A DNA stretch of 64,000 nucleotides from Oscillospiraceae bacterium (GCA_031549605.1 JAVBPM010000031.1:28001-92000), one strand, 5' to 3'; counted from the first letter of the stretch, positions 46,767 through 56,724 are shown. Numbers and translations: made by a program. The notes: a model not told the origin generated them from the letters alone.

Positions 46767-47438
46767 TCACTCTACCCACACCCTTTCGGGCAGCCTTGAA
46801 AGTAAACTGTCGTAGTCGTTTCTTGCTCGATAGTCGTATGGATCCTGGATACACTTTTCGTAGGCGTCCTCTACCGACCTAACTGATTTCAGCAACTCCG
46901 CTCTGTCGTCACGCAATGCATCGAATGTTGCTTTGAGGCAATCGTAGCTGTGTCTGACGTCCAGAAAGCACATCATGACGCCGATACATTGACCGGCAGT
47001 GGCTATTAGCGTATCCTTTGTCAGTGTGGCCAGTCTCTTGCCTGACACACCTTGCGCAAGCTCTGCCTCAAATTTCGTCAAACTGAAGTAGTCCTCCTCA
47101 ACGCTGTCATACCCGACCATTGAGTAGGCATCTCCCAATGACCCAACAAAGAAATCGTCAAAGTGTTCGGTCACATACCCATCACTAATTGTGCTTATCA
47201 ATCTCTCGCATTTGTTGGATAGGTCGGCAAACATCATGCGAAACGCGTGAATCTCGTCAGTATCGCCGCCGAAGACGTCTAGCAACGTTTCATCATCCTC
47301 TACCGCCCACTCCAAATCGCAACACTCGTCTTGAATCGAATACAGCTCATCGCACAACCTTTCCCGCTGGATGAGGGCAAGCGCCGCTCGTTTGTAACGC
47401 AGATTTCGGGCTTTATCCGCTCTTGTCATTGGTTGCAT
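46767..47438 (-). CDS. acidic hypothetical phage protein
   Basis: 223 aa, D/E-rich and AT-richer than its neighbours. Immediately downstream of the two methyltransferase genes. Confidence 0.55.
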   Translation of the reverse strand: MQPMTRADKARNLRYKRAALALIQRERLCDELYSIQDECCDLEWAVEDDETLLDVFGGDTDEIHAFRMMFADLSNKCERLISTISDGYVTEHFDDFFVGSLGDAYSMVGYDSVEEDYFSLTKFEAELAQGVSGKRLATLTKDTLIATAGQCIGVMMCFLDVRHSYDCLKATFDALRDDRAELLKSVRSVEDAYEKCIQDPYDYRARNDYDSLLSRLPERVWVE

Positions 47439-47451
47439 CGTCTACCCCTCC

Positions 47452-48732
47452 CTACACCGCCACAATTTCGTCGAGCTGGGCGGCCACAATACCCTGTATC
47501 AAATACTCCACGCACGGCAGCGCGACGCTGTTGCCCAGCGCTTTGTAGCGCGCGCTGTCGCTGATTGGCTTGCCGTCGTGGGCGTAAGCCGTCCAACCGT
47601 CAGGAAAACCCTGTAGCCGCTCGCATTCTGTCGGCGTGAGGCGGCGGACGGTCTGCTGTTGTTCCAACACGCAAATGCCGCCTTGGTTTTTTGCTTGGTC
47701 AGGCGGTGCGCAATCAAGCGTTTTTGCCGTTTCGACTTGTCTGCACCCGCTGTGTGGGTTGCTTGATTTCATGCTGTTCGATGCTAGGCTGTCAAAACTG
47801 TATGCGACGCCGGTGACCAAATCCGTTGCGTCTTTGTAGTCTCGTGCCTTGACTGTACTCGCTTGCTCGGATTGCTTGTAATCACCGATGGCCTGCATGG
47901 CGAACACCGCGTGTCGGTCGAACACATACCCCGCCGGATTCCTCCCGCCGCCGCCATCCGCCCCGCTGAGTGTTGGGCTTACACCGCTCGGTGTGAAGAT
48001 GCGTCGCTCTTGAGTGTCCCATCCTGTGAGATAATCTGTGCCTGTAGGGCTGCTTTCAGTGCCTCCGGCAACTCCTTGCCGCGATTCTCCGCCCGTCGTA
48101 AAATGCCCACGCAGGCTTTCGGGCTTAAATAGTACTTCTGCGGCACGTCGACCTCTAAAATCTGCGACAAGAAAGACTCTCTTGCGACGCTGGGGCACTC
48201 CCCAAAATTGTGCGTCTGGTGTTCGCCATCCAAAGTCGCACTGGTAGCCTCGCACCATTCCGGCGTCAGCCCATCTTCCTTGCACAGGCATTGGAAGCTC
48301 GGCATTTGCAAAGGATTGCAGCACGGCTCTAAAATCAAGCCCGTCATTTGATGACAAAGCTCCTGGGACGTTTTCCCAAATAGCCCAAGTTGGATATAGC
48401 CCATTGGTCGCTGCCCTCATTTCCTCTATGATGCGCATGGCCTCACCAAGCAGTCCTGACCGCGCCCCGGCCAACCCAGCGCGTTTACCGGCCGTGCTAA
48501 AGTCCTGACACGGGCTGCCGAATGTGACGATGTCCACCGGCTCAATCTCGGCACCATTGATTTTCGTGATGTCGCCGAGGTGCTTCATGTTCGGGAAGTG
48601 ACGTTTCGTAATACTGATGGGCGCGGCTTCGATTTCGCTCGCCCATACCGGCTCAATGCCGTACCATGCGGCGACACACGGGAAGCCGCCTATGCCGTCG
48701 AAAAGGCTGCCGAGTTTTAGTGGTGCACTCAT
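47452..48732 (-). CDS. dcm: DNA (cytosine-5)-methyltransferase
   Basis: Motifs LFDGIGGF (I), FGSPCQDFS (IV), ENVPG (VI), QRRKRVFLV (VIII), TECERLQGFPDGWT (X). ATG 48732 preceded by GGGAGGGG. Confidence 0.9.
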   Translation of the reverse strand: MSAPLKLGSLFDGIGGFPCVAAWYGIEPVWASEIEAAPISITKRHFPNMKHLGDITKINGAEIEPVDIVTFGSPCQDFSTAGKRAGLAGARSGLLGEAMRIIEEMRAATNGLYPTWAIWENVPGALSSNDGLDFRAVLQSFANAELPMPVQGRWADAGMVRGYQCDFGWRTPDAQFWGVPQRRKRVFLVADFRGRRAAEVLFKPESLRGHFTTGGESRQGVAGGTESSPTGTDYLTGWDTQERRIFTPSGVSPTLSGADGGGGRNPAGYVFDRHAVFAMQAIGDYKQSEQASTVKARDYKDATDLVTGVAYSFDSLASNSMKSSNPHSGCRQVETAKTLDCAPPDQAKNQGGICVLEQQQTVRRLTPTECERLQGFPDGWTAYAHDGKPISDSARYKALGNSVALPCVEYLIQGIVAAQLDEIVAV

Positions 48733-48752
48733 GTCGGTATCCCCTCCCACAG

Positions 48753-51254
48753 CTACGCACCCTCCTCCAGCAGGTCAAACAGCGTCGGCTGGCCAACGTC
48801 CTGCTCGGCCGCCTTCAGGTACCCAACGCCGTCGCGGAAGTAGTCGAGGCTCAACTCGGTGCCTATGCCGTACCGTCCCGCCTTCACGGCTCGCAGTGGC
48901 ACGGTAAACAGACCGGCAAACGGGTCAAAGACCACATCGCCCTTGTTTGAAAAGCGGTTTATGATGCGGTCTACGATATCGAGCTGCAGCGGACAGACGT
49001 GCATTTGGAGGTTGCCACGGCGTTGGTCTGTGTTAAGTGTTCGCATCCGATTGATGTCGTCCCACACCTCGTCGCTCCAACTGCCCGGCTGCATCACCGC
49101 AAAGGTGGACGGTAGCTTGCCGTCTTTGTCCAGTTCTTTTGCCATCTCAATATGAGCCTCATAGTCGTAGACCGTTCCGCGCGAGTATTTACGGAATAAC
49201 GTTTGTATTTTCCCGCTCTCTGCCGACATGATTTCCGCCTTGGTCACAAGTCGATCGCCGGAACTGCGCCAAAAGCCCGATGCGTCAATCTGCCACTGCG
49301 CCCGCGTGTAATCCTCTTTGCTCTTTTCAACCGGCACGTCGGCAAATCCGTCAGAGGTGTCGCTGGGCAGCTTGCGAAACAGCAAAATATACTCAGGACA
49401 CCCTACCCCCATTTTTGTGCCGTCCCTGCACTGCATGGACCAGCCAAGCCGATAGGTCTGGTTGTTCTCGCGCACAACGTCGGTCACCACGGTGATCATC
49501 CCGAAGTAACGGAATCCGTGGCGGGTGTAGTGGTCGATGCACATTGCGTGGAATGGCTCGATGGTTGGGAACCCGTCACCCGTCACGCTGCCGAACTGCA
49601 CTCGGTCTTTGACATGGCAGGCAAAGATGCGGCCGGGCTGCAAGATGCGCAGTAGCTGCGGCGTGAGATAATCCATCTGCTCAAAGAATTTGGCGGTGTT
49701 TTCGTTGTGACCGAAGTCGTTGTAGCTGGGTGTGTACTCGTAGTGGTTGGAAAACGGAATTGATGTATGGATTAACCCCACGCTGTCGCTTTCCATCTGC
49801 TCACATTCGAGAATGCAATCGTTATGTATGGCAGTAAACTGTTGACCCTGAACCTTCACACGTTCCACTCCTATCGACCGAGCCATCTTGTCTACCATGG
49901 ACACGCCGGACAGCCCGTGCTTTTTAATAATGCCTGTCATGACCTCGGTCAGCGCGTCATGTTGTTTCCACTTAGCCATAAGCACCTTGAGTATCTCCTG
50001 CTCACCCTCGGTGTAGATGATGTCGATAATGACCTGCTCACTCTGTAGAAAGCGGTAGATGCGGTGAATGGCTTGAATGAAGTCGTTGAACTCGTAATCA
50101 ATGCCGACAAAAATGGCGCGGTGGCAGTGCCGTTGAAAGTTGCAGCCGGAGCCGGACAGGCTTTTCTTGGTAGCAAACAGCTTCACCCTACCCTCGGCAA
50201 AGTCGATGACGCGCCGCTCGCGTGCGTCAAGGTCCATAGACCCGAATATGTCCACCGCATGCGGTAGTGCCGCTTTGATCTCGTGCCGCTCGGCCTCAAG
50301 GTCATGCCATAGGATAAAATGCTCATCAGGTGACATGTTCACGATTTCAGCCATTTTTGCAACACGTGCGCGGATACTGTCTCGTTTTTCTCCTGCGGCA
50401 TCGGACAGCGATAGTGAGGCGTCGCGCAGCAGTTTTGTCTGTCCGTCCTTGTCTGAATCGACCGCGGCGTAGTCGGTTTCAATCATGTGCAACCGCACGT
50501 CCATCGGCGGCAGGGCGTAGCCTTTGTCGTCATAGCCGAGATCAGACGGTTTTGTGATAAACAGTGCCCAACTGGACACCCACAGCCAAAACTCTTGTTC
50601 TTTGTGCGGGTATAGGGTAAGGTTGTTGGCTTTGGTGCTGTCTCGCTTAAAGAACCGGGTCAGCGCTTGGCCGGTGTCCATGACTTCTAGGTACCCAGCG
50701 TAATGAATCAGTTCCTTGTAGCGATTGGGCGATGGCGTCGCTGTCGACACCAGCTTATAGGGCACGCCCCTGAATTTATCGAGAAACGTCTGATAGGTCT
50801 TGCTGCCAAACGACCGCAGCACTGACGCCTCATCAAGACAGGTGGCCGTGAAGTGGCTCGGGTCGATGTCGCCGTCTCTCACCCGCTCATAGTTGGTGAG
50901 CAGTATCGCACCTTCTGCCGCTGCTGCTTCGGCCATGTTGCGGATGTATTGCGGTTCTGCCAACCCCAAAAGGTGTACTGCGTCGTGGACAAATTCCTGC
51001 TTGACGCCAAGTGGGCAGACAATCAGCGCTTTGCCGCCCATTTTTTCGGTGACGATGCGGCAATACTCCAACTGTTGTATCGTCTTTCCCAACCCGAACG
51101 ACTGAAACAGTGCCCGTTTACCGCCCTGTAACGCCCACACCACGCTGTCACGCTGGTGCGGCTTGAGCGCCGGGTGTATCTCGCTTGGGTCAATAGCAAA
51201 TCCGCTCTCGGTCGCCATTGCTATCTTAGAGCGGAGGAAGTCTGAATAGGTCAT
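48753..51254 (-). CDS. SNF2-type helicase fused to N6/N4 DNA methyltransferase
   Basis: N-terminal SNF2 motifs (LFQSFGLGKT, CLDEASVLRS, helicase-C region). C-terminal MTase motifs (TSIPF catalytic-like, VFDPFAGLFTVPLRA SAM-binding). ATG 51254. Confidence 0.85.
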   Translation of the reverse strand: MTYSDFLRSKIAMATESGFAIDPSEIHPALKPHQRDSVVWALQGGKRALFQSFGLGKTIQQLEYCRIVTEKMGGKALIVCPLGVKQEFVHDAVHLLGLAEPQYIRNMAEAAAAEGAILLTNYERVRDGDIDPSHFTATCLDEASVLRSFGSKTYQTFLDKFRGVPYKLVSTATPSPNRYKELIHYAGYLEVMDTGQALTRFFKRDSTKANNLTLYPHKEQEFWLWVSSWALFITKPSDLGYDDKGYALPPMDVRLHMIETDYAAVDSDKDGQTKLLRDASLSLSDAAGEKRDSIRARVAKMAEIVNMSPDEHFILWHDLEAERHEIKAALPHAVDIFGSMDLDARERRVIDFAEGRVKLFATKKSLSGSGCNFQRHCHRAIFVGIDYEFNDFIQAIHRIYRFLQSEQVIIDIIYTEGEQEILKVLMAKWKQHDALTEVMTGIIKKHGLSGVSMVDKMARSIGVERVKVQGQQFTAIHNDCILECEQMESDSVGLIHTSIPFSNHYEYTPSYNDFGHNENTAKFFEQMDYLTPQLLRILQPGRIFACHVKDRVQFGSVTGDGFPTIEPFHAMCIDHYTRHGFRYFGMITVVTDVVRENNQTYRLGWSMQCRDGTKMGVGCPEYILLFRKLPSDTSDGFADVPVEKSKEDYTRAQWQIDASGFWRSSGDRLVTKAEIMSAESGKIQTLFRKYSRGTVYDYEAHIEMAKELDKDGKLPSTFAVMQPGSWSDEVWDDINRMRTLNTDQRRGNLQMHVCPLQLDIVDRIINRFSNKGDVVFDPFAGLFTVPLRAVKAGRYGIGTELSLDYFRDGVGYLKAAEQDVGQPTLFDLLEEGA

Positions 51255-51354
51255 GTGCTTTACCTCGATTTGTTGAAGTTTGGTTTCTCCGGCACTCGCC
51301 GCATTCGTATGTACAAGCTCCAGCCGGTTAGGTCGTTGTAGACGCACTCGGTGG

Positions 51355-51558
51355 CTAAGTTTTTACGCCGTCCCACGCTTCACGTATTTTCAGCAGTTCT
51401 GCGACCAGCGACGGTATGCTTTCGAGACCGATATGAACCCGCCCGTCTTTACCGGCGATAATCTCAACGCCGCAGTCTCGCATCAGGTAGGTCACATTGC
51501 GGAAGTGCTCGCTGTCGAAAATCAAGCCCTCGTTCTCCGGCTTTTTGGGTCGTGCCAT
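51355..51558 (-). CDS. small hypothetical phage protein
   Basis: MARPKKPENEGLIFD... starting at ATG 51558. The ORF track extends upstream through the preceding gene. Confidence 0.4.
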   Translation of the reverse strand: MARPKKPENEGLIFDSEHFRNVTYLMRDCGVEIIAGKDGRVHIGLESIPSLVAELLKIREAWDGVKT

Positions 51559-52031
51559 CAGTGCACCTCCGTAAATTCGCACCCGTCCAGCCACGTCACG
51601 CCGAGCGCGTAGGCCTGCCAGCAGTCGGCTTTGAAACCGTAGAACCAGCCGGGCGCTGCCTTGGTGCCCTTGTCGCCAAAACGGTCTTTGAGCGCTTGGA
51701 TGGCGTTGCCGTCCTTGGCACGGGCGCTGTGACATAGGTTCAGTTTAACCTCGCGCCGCAGGATGGTGGCGCACCTTGTCTTGTCTGGACAAGCCTCTAT
51801 GAACCGACCAATCCACACGCAGGCATCAAGCACCTCTTTGCCCACCGGCATACCGTAGCTGGACATCATCTCAACGACCACAGCGTCAAGGTAGTTCGGC
51901 GTGGCGGCCAGCGTGGCGATATGCGCTTTGACCTTGGTGTTGTCCTCTTTGGCAAAGCCAAGCGGCCTGTACTGCTCGTCCATCAGCACCCACGCGCTCT
52001 GTGTTGTGCCGGGGTCTATCGCGAGTATCAT
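51558..52031 (-). CDS. RuvC-like Holliday junction resolvase
   Basis: MILAIDPGTTQSAW (first catalytic Asp), VVVEMM, ADCWQAYA. Size 157 aa. Confidence 0.65.
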   Translation of the reverse strand: MILAIDPGTTQSAWVLMDEQYRPLGFAKEDNTKVKAHIATLAATPNYLDAVVVEMMSSYGMPVGKEVLDACVWIGRFIEACPDKTRCATILRREVKLNLCHSARAKDGNAIQALKDRFGDKGTKAAPGWFYGFKADCWQAYALGVTWLDGCEFTEVH

Positions 52032-52831
52032 GTCTGACCCTCCCTCATGCGCCTCATCTGTTTGACGGCCTGTTGCTCAAAGGCGCCGGGCTGTCCTGTT
52101 TGGCTCTTGTCCTTGGCGCCGTCGAAGGAGCTGCCGCGCCGGTCGTCGCCCCAATGCTCACGGATGGCTTTGCGGACGACAAGGCTCCAATCCTTCCACT
52201 TGTACTTGTTGCCACTCGCCTGCGCCCGTTCCTCGACGACGGCAATGTAGCGGTCGACGTCAGCTTGTCCGAACTCAGCGGCGATGCGTTGGTATTCGTC
52301 GTCCGTCAGCTTGACCCAGCCGTATTGACCTCGAGCGTGTCGGGCGGGCGCGGCGTCGCGCGTCTGCGCGGCGCTCTCTCCCTCGCCAGAGGGAGCGTCT
52401 TCTTTCTTACCATTCTTTACATTCTTACCCTTCTTGATTGTGCCCATCGGTGTCCCATCGGTGTCCCAGCCGTGTCCCACTTTTTTGCTGTCAACTTGAA
52501 ATTTGTCCCAGTTTGCAACGGTTAGCACTGTCTTTTTTGTGTCACACGTAATTTCGAGCATACCGTCACTTTGTAAAAGGGTCAAAAAGCGCTGCACTGA
52601 CATGCGGCTCCAACCCCATCGCTCTGAAAGTTTCCGTGTCGACGTCACAAATTGACCTCGTTCCACTGTCGTCAGTGTACTTCCATGCAGAAACTTTTTT
52701 TGTTCGTGACTGGCCGACAATAGAATGTCGACCCATGCGTGAAATCGATCGTATGGCTTTTCGTTATATGTCCAGTTCGCCGTCACATCTCGGAACAGTT
52801 TTATCCATCCGAGGCTTGGCAGAGCAATCAC
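52028..52831 (-). CDS. replication initiation / replisome organiser protein
   Basis: N-terminal wHTH-like region (GWIKLFRDV...TSTRKLSERWGWSRMSVQRFLTLLQ) and a C-terminal DnaD-like region. Position in the replication module. Confidence 0.55.
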   Translation of the reverse strand: MIALPSLGWIKLFRDVTANWTYNEKPYDRFHAWVDILLSASHEQKKFLHGSTLTTVERGQFVTSTRKLSERWGWSRMSVQRFLTLLQSDGMLEITCDTKKTVLTVANWDKFQVDSKKVGHGWDTDGTPMGTIKKGKNVKNGKKEDAPSGEGESAAQTRDAAPARHARGQYGWVKLTDDEYQRIAAEFGQADVDRYIAVVEERAQASGNKYKWKDWSLVVRKAIREHWGDDRRGSSFDGAKDKSQTGQPGAFEQQAVKQMRRMREGQT

Positions 52832-52954
52832 CGCCTTTGCAATGGGGCGCCAACCGCGCCATACACGCGCCCCTGTAAACTCTATGCTTCATCAATGGCT
52901 CCCGACGGGCGCGGTTACGGCACGTCTGTGTGGGAGCGCTGTGGCCTTAGATTG

Positions 52955-53380
52955 CTAAAGCGGCAGCGTGCCGTCGTCGTCCATCAGCTCGGTAAAGCCG
53001 GTTGTGTCGAGTGGGCCGGTGTAGTCCCGTTCGACCTGCTGCCCTGCCGCTCCGTCGTCACGCTTGCGCTCGGCAAAGTGCACCTCGTTGGCAACGACCT
53101 CGTAGTTGACGCGCTTATTACCGTCCTTGTCCTCCCAGTGACGTTGTTGCAGTCGACCTGCCAGCGCCACCAGCATACCCTTGGCGAAATACTTGGCCAC
53201 AAAGTCGGCCTGACGGTCCCAGCAGGTGATGTCAATGAAGTCGGTCTGCTTCTCCTCGCCCGAGCGCACAAAGTCGCGTTCGACGGCAATGGTAAAGCTG
53301 GCCACTGACTTTCCCGCCTGTGTGCTGCGGAGTACGGGGTCGCGGGTCAGCCGACCCATGAGAATGACTTTGTTAAGCAC
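52955..53380 (-). CDS. ssb: single-stranded DNA-binding protein
   Basis: (V)LNKVILMGRLTRDPVLR OB-fold N-terminus and acidic tail DDDGTLPL. GTG 53380 overlaps the upstream stop. Confidence 0.85.
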   Translation of the reverse strand: MLNKVILMGRLTRDPVLRSTQAGKSVASFTIAVERDFVRSGEEKQTDFIDITCWDRQADFVAKYFAKGMLVALAGRLQQRHWEDKDGNKRVNYEVVANEVHFAERKRDDGAAGQQVERDYTGPLDTTGFTELMDDDGTLPL

Positions 53381-54419
53381 CGGGCGCACCCGCGCTTTCC
53401 TCGGTCGGAGGCGCTTCTGCCGCAATCAGCGACTGTATGTACGCCTTGGCCTCGTCGTACTGCGCGGCGGGGATGTCGGCCACCTTGGCAATGCCGCGCT
53501 TCTTCAGCCACACGCTGATGTCACCCTGCTTGCCCGTTTTGTTGCCCAGCGCCATCAGCTCCTTGGTCTGCTCGGCGCTGATTGCCTCGTTTTGGTTTTC
53601 ATTGGCGAGGTGAGCAAACGCATCGCCCAGCGACACCATGCCGTCTTCGAGCGAGGTCTTGAGTTCGCGCAGCCGGACGGCGTGGTCAGCTGTCCAAACC
53701 TTTGCCTCGACACCGCCGAGGAACTGCTCCAAATCCTTTTGAGTGACGCCAAACGAGGTAAATGCCTTGATAATCCCCTTGACTTGACCATCTCTCGCGT
53801 TTGGGTCGTTCATAGCGGCAATCAGCCGGTCGGAACAAACCGCGCGACACGACTCAACGGCGATTGATGTCACGTCACCCGGCAGCACCTGCAACAGACA
53901 GGCTCGCATGCGACGCGACCCGGCGTTGGCCTCCATCTCATAAATGTCGCGATCGTCGGTAATGGCGTAACCGCCCGACTTCGTGGTGCGCCAGTGGCGC
54001 ACTTCGAACTTGCGGTCGATGTAGGTGTTGGTCTCCAAGTCCCACGCATAGGCGCGTAGCACACTACGACCATTTGCGCGTTCCAGCACGTCGACACCGA
54101 ACTTGATGTTGCCCCAGTTGCGCGCCATCATCTCGGCCAGCCGGATAGACGGGCCGGTCACTGTTTCTTTGCCGCGCGGGAATACGTAGACGGCCTTTTC
54201 AGCCAGCGTCGGACGCCTGCACTCCTGCAGTATCCTGTCCATGCTGGCGCCGGGGTCGCGAGGGAACTGCTTGGCCATAACCACGAGCGCCTTGATTTCG
54301 GTAACTGCGCGAGCCTCCTCAACGGCGGCCAGTGCGTTGCCCTGCTCGTGTCTGCTTTGCTCTGCCAAAACAGATGGCGCGGCGGTCACGCCGTACGGGT
54401 TAATCATTGTATCGTTCAT
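53373..54419 (-). CDS. single-strand annealing recombinase (RecT-like)
   Basis: Lies between the PD-(D/E)XK exonuclease block and ssb. Sequence resembles RecT-type proteins from memory only. Confidence 0.5.
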   Translation of the reverse strand: MNDTMINPYGVTAAPSVLAEQSRHEQGNALAAVEEARAVTEIKALVVMAKQFPRDPGASMDRILQECRRPTLAEKAVYVFPRGKETVTGPSIRLAEMMARNWGNIKFGVDVLERANGRSVLRAYAWDLETNTYIDRKFEVRHWRTTKSGGYAITDDRDIYEMEANAGSRRMRACLLQVLPGDVTSIAVESCRAVCSDRLIAAMNDPNARDGQVKGIIKAFTSFGVTQKDLEQFLGGVEAKVWTADHAVRLRELKTSLEDGMVSLGDAFAHLANENQNEAISAEQTKELMALGNKTGKQGDISVWLKKRGIAKVADIPAAQYDEAKAYIQSLIAAEAPPTEESAGAPGA

Positions 54420-54428
54420 AGTGTCCTC

Positions 54429-55118
54429 CTACTGACGTACTGAGAGTTGTTCTTCTTGGTAAAACTCGACGCCGGGAACGGCAATCGTGCCTTTTGTGGT
54501 TCGCGCGAGCTGCACAAGCACCGCCATGTCGACGGGGCGAATGGTGACACCGGCCAACTCGATAGGCACGGCCTTTTCATCGGTGACCCGCACCCGCCAC
54601 ACCTTTCGGGTCGAGGTGCCGACGGCCACGGGCGCTGTCTGCATGGGCGCCGTGACCTTCATATCGCTCACCATCTGCGCCATGGCCACGTTTGTCTCGC
54701 TGCCGACAAGGTCACCGGCAGCCTCGGCGTCTACAGCGGCTTGTAGCAACCGCTCGGCCTCCTCCTGTTGCTTGCGGCGCATTTCCTCACGTTGACGTGC
54801 CGCCTCGGCCTCGACGGTGCGTTTGTAGCCAAGGATGGCATCCTTGACCGCTTTCTCTGCTTCTACGAGAGGTTGAAGCATCTGCTTCTCGCGGTCGCAC
54901 AGCGCCTGATGCGCCGCCTTGGCGCTGGCCTTGGGCGTCTGCCAGTAGTTGGTTACCGCCTGCTGTCTTGCCTTGATCTGCCGCACCACGTCGGCGGCAC
55001 GCTGGTAGTCTTCTGCTGTTACAATGGTCAGCGCCTGTGCGCTGGTAAGAAAAGCGCGGCCATCGCTGATAAGCTGCTGCTCGATGTCGACAGTCGGCCG
55101 TTGTGTTAATGCGTTCAT
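54429..55118 (-). CDS. coiled-coil recombination-module protein (Gp157-like position)
   Basis: 229 aa with a long charged helix (EAEAARQREEMRRKQQEEAERLLQ). Family uncertain. Confidence 0.4.
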   Translation of the reverse strand: MNALTQRPTVDIEQQLISDGRAFLTSAQALTIVTAEDYQRAADVVRQIKARQQAVTNYWQTPKASAKAAHQALCDREKQMLQPLVEAEKAVKDAILGYKRTVEAEAARQREEMRRKQQEEAERLLQAAVDAEAAGDLVGSETNVAMAQMVSDMKVTAPMQTAPVAVGTSTRKVWRVRVTDEKAVPIELAGVTIRPVDMAVLVQLARTTKGTIAVPGVEFYQEEQLSVRQ

Positions 55119-55726
55119 GGTTTGTTCTCCTTTGCCATTTCGTTGTTGAGCGCTAAGCAGTGCAGGAAGGTCTTGAGCCCGTCACCCACCTCGCGGAACA
55201 CATAGCGGCCATCCTTGAGCAGCTGCAGACCGTAGCGCTTACGGATCGTGTGTCCGTGGCTTTTCAGTATCTCGGCGTATCCGGCCAGCTGCGTTGCCAG
55301 CATGACAGGGTGAAAGGCGCTTGTGCACTTGAGGTCGACAAGGTCAATGCCTGTCCCATCGTCCGGCGTGACGTATCCGGCGCGGTCAATGGTACCGGCA
55401 TACATCAGCCCCTTGTGGTATCCGCGCCACTCGACAGCCGTCCACACGGGCTGATGCGCCGCCAAAAAGGCCTTGTACGCGGTGATGTAGCCGCCGGTGT
55501 CGTCGTCCTGCTCCTCAAAACCGTACAGGTCAAGGTTGGCCGTTTGCTCGTGGGCTCGCGTGCCCCTGTTTGCGGCGATGTGCAGCGTTTCGCCCGGTAT
55601 GCCGTCGTACAACTCACGGCTCATAAACCGCATGATGTGCGTGACGCTGGGCAGGATGCGCGAGCCGTCTAACGTGTATGTATGGGTGGCGTCAACAAAA
55701 CATAGCTTCGGCAGCGGCGCCATCAT
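55115..55726 (-). CDS. PD-(D/E)XK family exonuclease
   Basis: Motifs THTYTLDG...SVTHI, GTRAHE, GTIDR, IDLVDLKCT. Confidence 0.7.
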   Translation of the reverse strand: MMAPLPKLCFVDATHTYTLDGSRILPSVTHIMRFMSRELYDGIPGETLHIAANRGTRAHEQTANLDLYGFEEQDDDTGGYITAYKAFLAAHQPVWTAVEWRGYHKGLMYAGTIDRAGYVTPDDGTGIDLVDLKCTSAFHPVMLATQLAGYAEILKSHGHTIRKRYGLQLLKDGRYVFREVGDGLKTFLHCLALNNEMAKENKP

Positions 55727-56025
55727 ACCGGGTCACCCGCAGCGTCACAGAAATCGGCACAATCGCGGTGGTACAGCGTGCCGTCGTCAGCCTCCATGCC
55801 CTCGCCCTCTCGGACAGCACCATTGCAGTAGTCGCAGATGCCGAGTGGCCGGTTGCCGTACCTCCTGTCCGGGTCCAGCAAGCCGCGCCCGTGCGCCTCA
55901 TAGCCGACGTTGTTGTTGGGTCTCATGACAAGCCCCTCCTTGTGGGTTGCGGATGGCGTCTGCCGCTGGCAGTCGCAGCGCTCTCCGGCATCGAGCCGGG
56001 CACCGCAGTCTGTGCAGATTTTCAT
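55723..56025 (-). CDS. zinc-finger phage protein
   Basis: MKICTDCGARLDAGERCDC...CDYCNG...HRDCADFC. ATG 56025 forms an ATGA overlap with the upstream gene. Confidence 0.5.
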   Translation of the reverse strand: MKICTDCGARLDAGERCDCQRQTPSATHKEGLVMRPNNNVGYEAHGRGLLDPDRRYGNRPLGICDYCNGAVREGEGMEADDGTLYHRDCADFCDAAGDPV

Positions 56026-56183
56026 CCCGCCAACCCCTCTGTGATAATCGCCCACGCTTCACGCGCCGTCATGCCGGGGCGGACCGGCGCACCGTGTAGG
56101 ATGGTTCTGTGTCTGCACATGACATAGCAGCGGCAATTATAAATCGCCACGGCAAGCGGGCCGACAGTTAAGAAGCTTATCAT
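56022..56183 (-). CDS. small hydrophobic phage protein (53 aa)
   Basis: MISFLTVGPLAVAIYNCRCYVMC..., GGAGGTG RBS, ATGA overlaps at both ends. Confidence 0.4.
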   Translation of the reverse strand: MISFLTVGPLAVAIYNCRCYVMCRHRTILHGAPVRPGMTAREAWAIITEGLAG

Positions 56184-56452
56184 CCCGCACCTCCACAGCT
56201 TGTCCACCAGCTCACGACCACGCCGCCAGCGCTGACCAGCGTCGCCGGTAGCAACAGCATGACCAGCGCCGGAAACAGTCCCGCCCACGGCTGGGAAAAC
56301 GACCACAGCGCCAGCGCGACGCCGAGCACCGCGGCGATGGCCAACAGGCCTTGACAGATAATGCGGCGGGTTGTATACTCTGGTTGACTGTTTTCGCGTG
56401 TGCCTGATGGAGTGTCCAGCTCCACGGGCACTTTTTCTTTTGTTGCGTTCAT
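56180..56452 (-). CDS. small membrane protein (2 TM)
   Basis: GGAGG lies 8 nt upstream. Helices IICQGLLAIAAVLGVALALW and LFPALVMLLLPATLVSAGGVVV. Confidence 0.5.
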   Translation of the reverse strand: MNATKEKVPVELDTPSGTRENSQPEYTTRRIICQGLLAIAAVLGVALALWSFSQPWAGLFPALVMLLLPATLVSAGGVVVSWWTSCGGAG

Positions 56453-56470
56453 CTACGGTGCCTCCTGTCG

Positions 56471-56719
56471 TCAGTATTGAATGCAGCCTTTTAGGTCGTC
56501 GATTGGGATGCCCAAAACGCGGCACAGTTTTAACAACGTGCCCAGCGGCAGTTTTTCCGGCACCTTGAGGTAATCACGCGCCGATCTCTCACACATGCCA
56601 AGTACGCTTGCTACCTCATCGCGTGTCATTTCGTTTGCTTCAATTGCCCCGCTGACGAGTGCGCGTAACCGGTTATAGTCTTTCCGCTTGTCAAAGCGCG
56701 TTGCTGGCATTTTTCTCAC
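56471..56719 (-). CDS. XRE-family HTH regulator heading the early leftward operon
   Basis: HTH MTRDEVASVLGMCERSARDYLK. First gene of the minus-strand early operon. Confidence 0.7.
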   Translation of the reverse strand: MRKMPATRFDKRKDYNRLRALVSGAIEANEMTRDEVASVLGMCERSARDYLKVPEKLPLGTLLKLCRVLGIPIDDLKGCIQY

Positions 56720-56724
56720 CCCCT

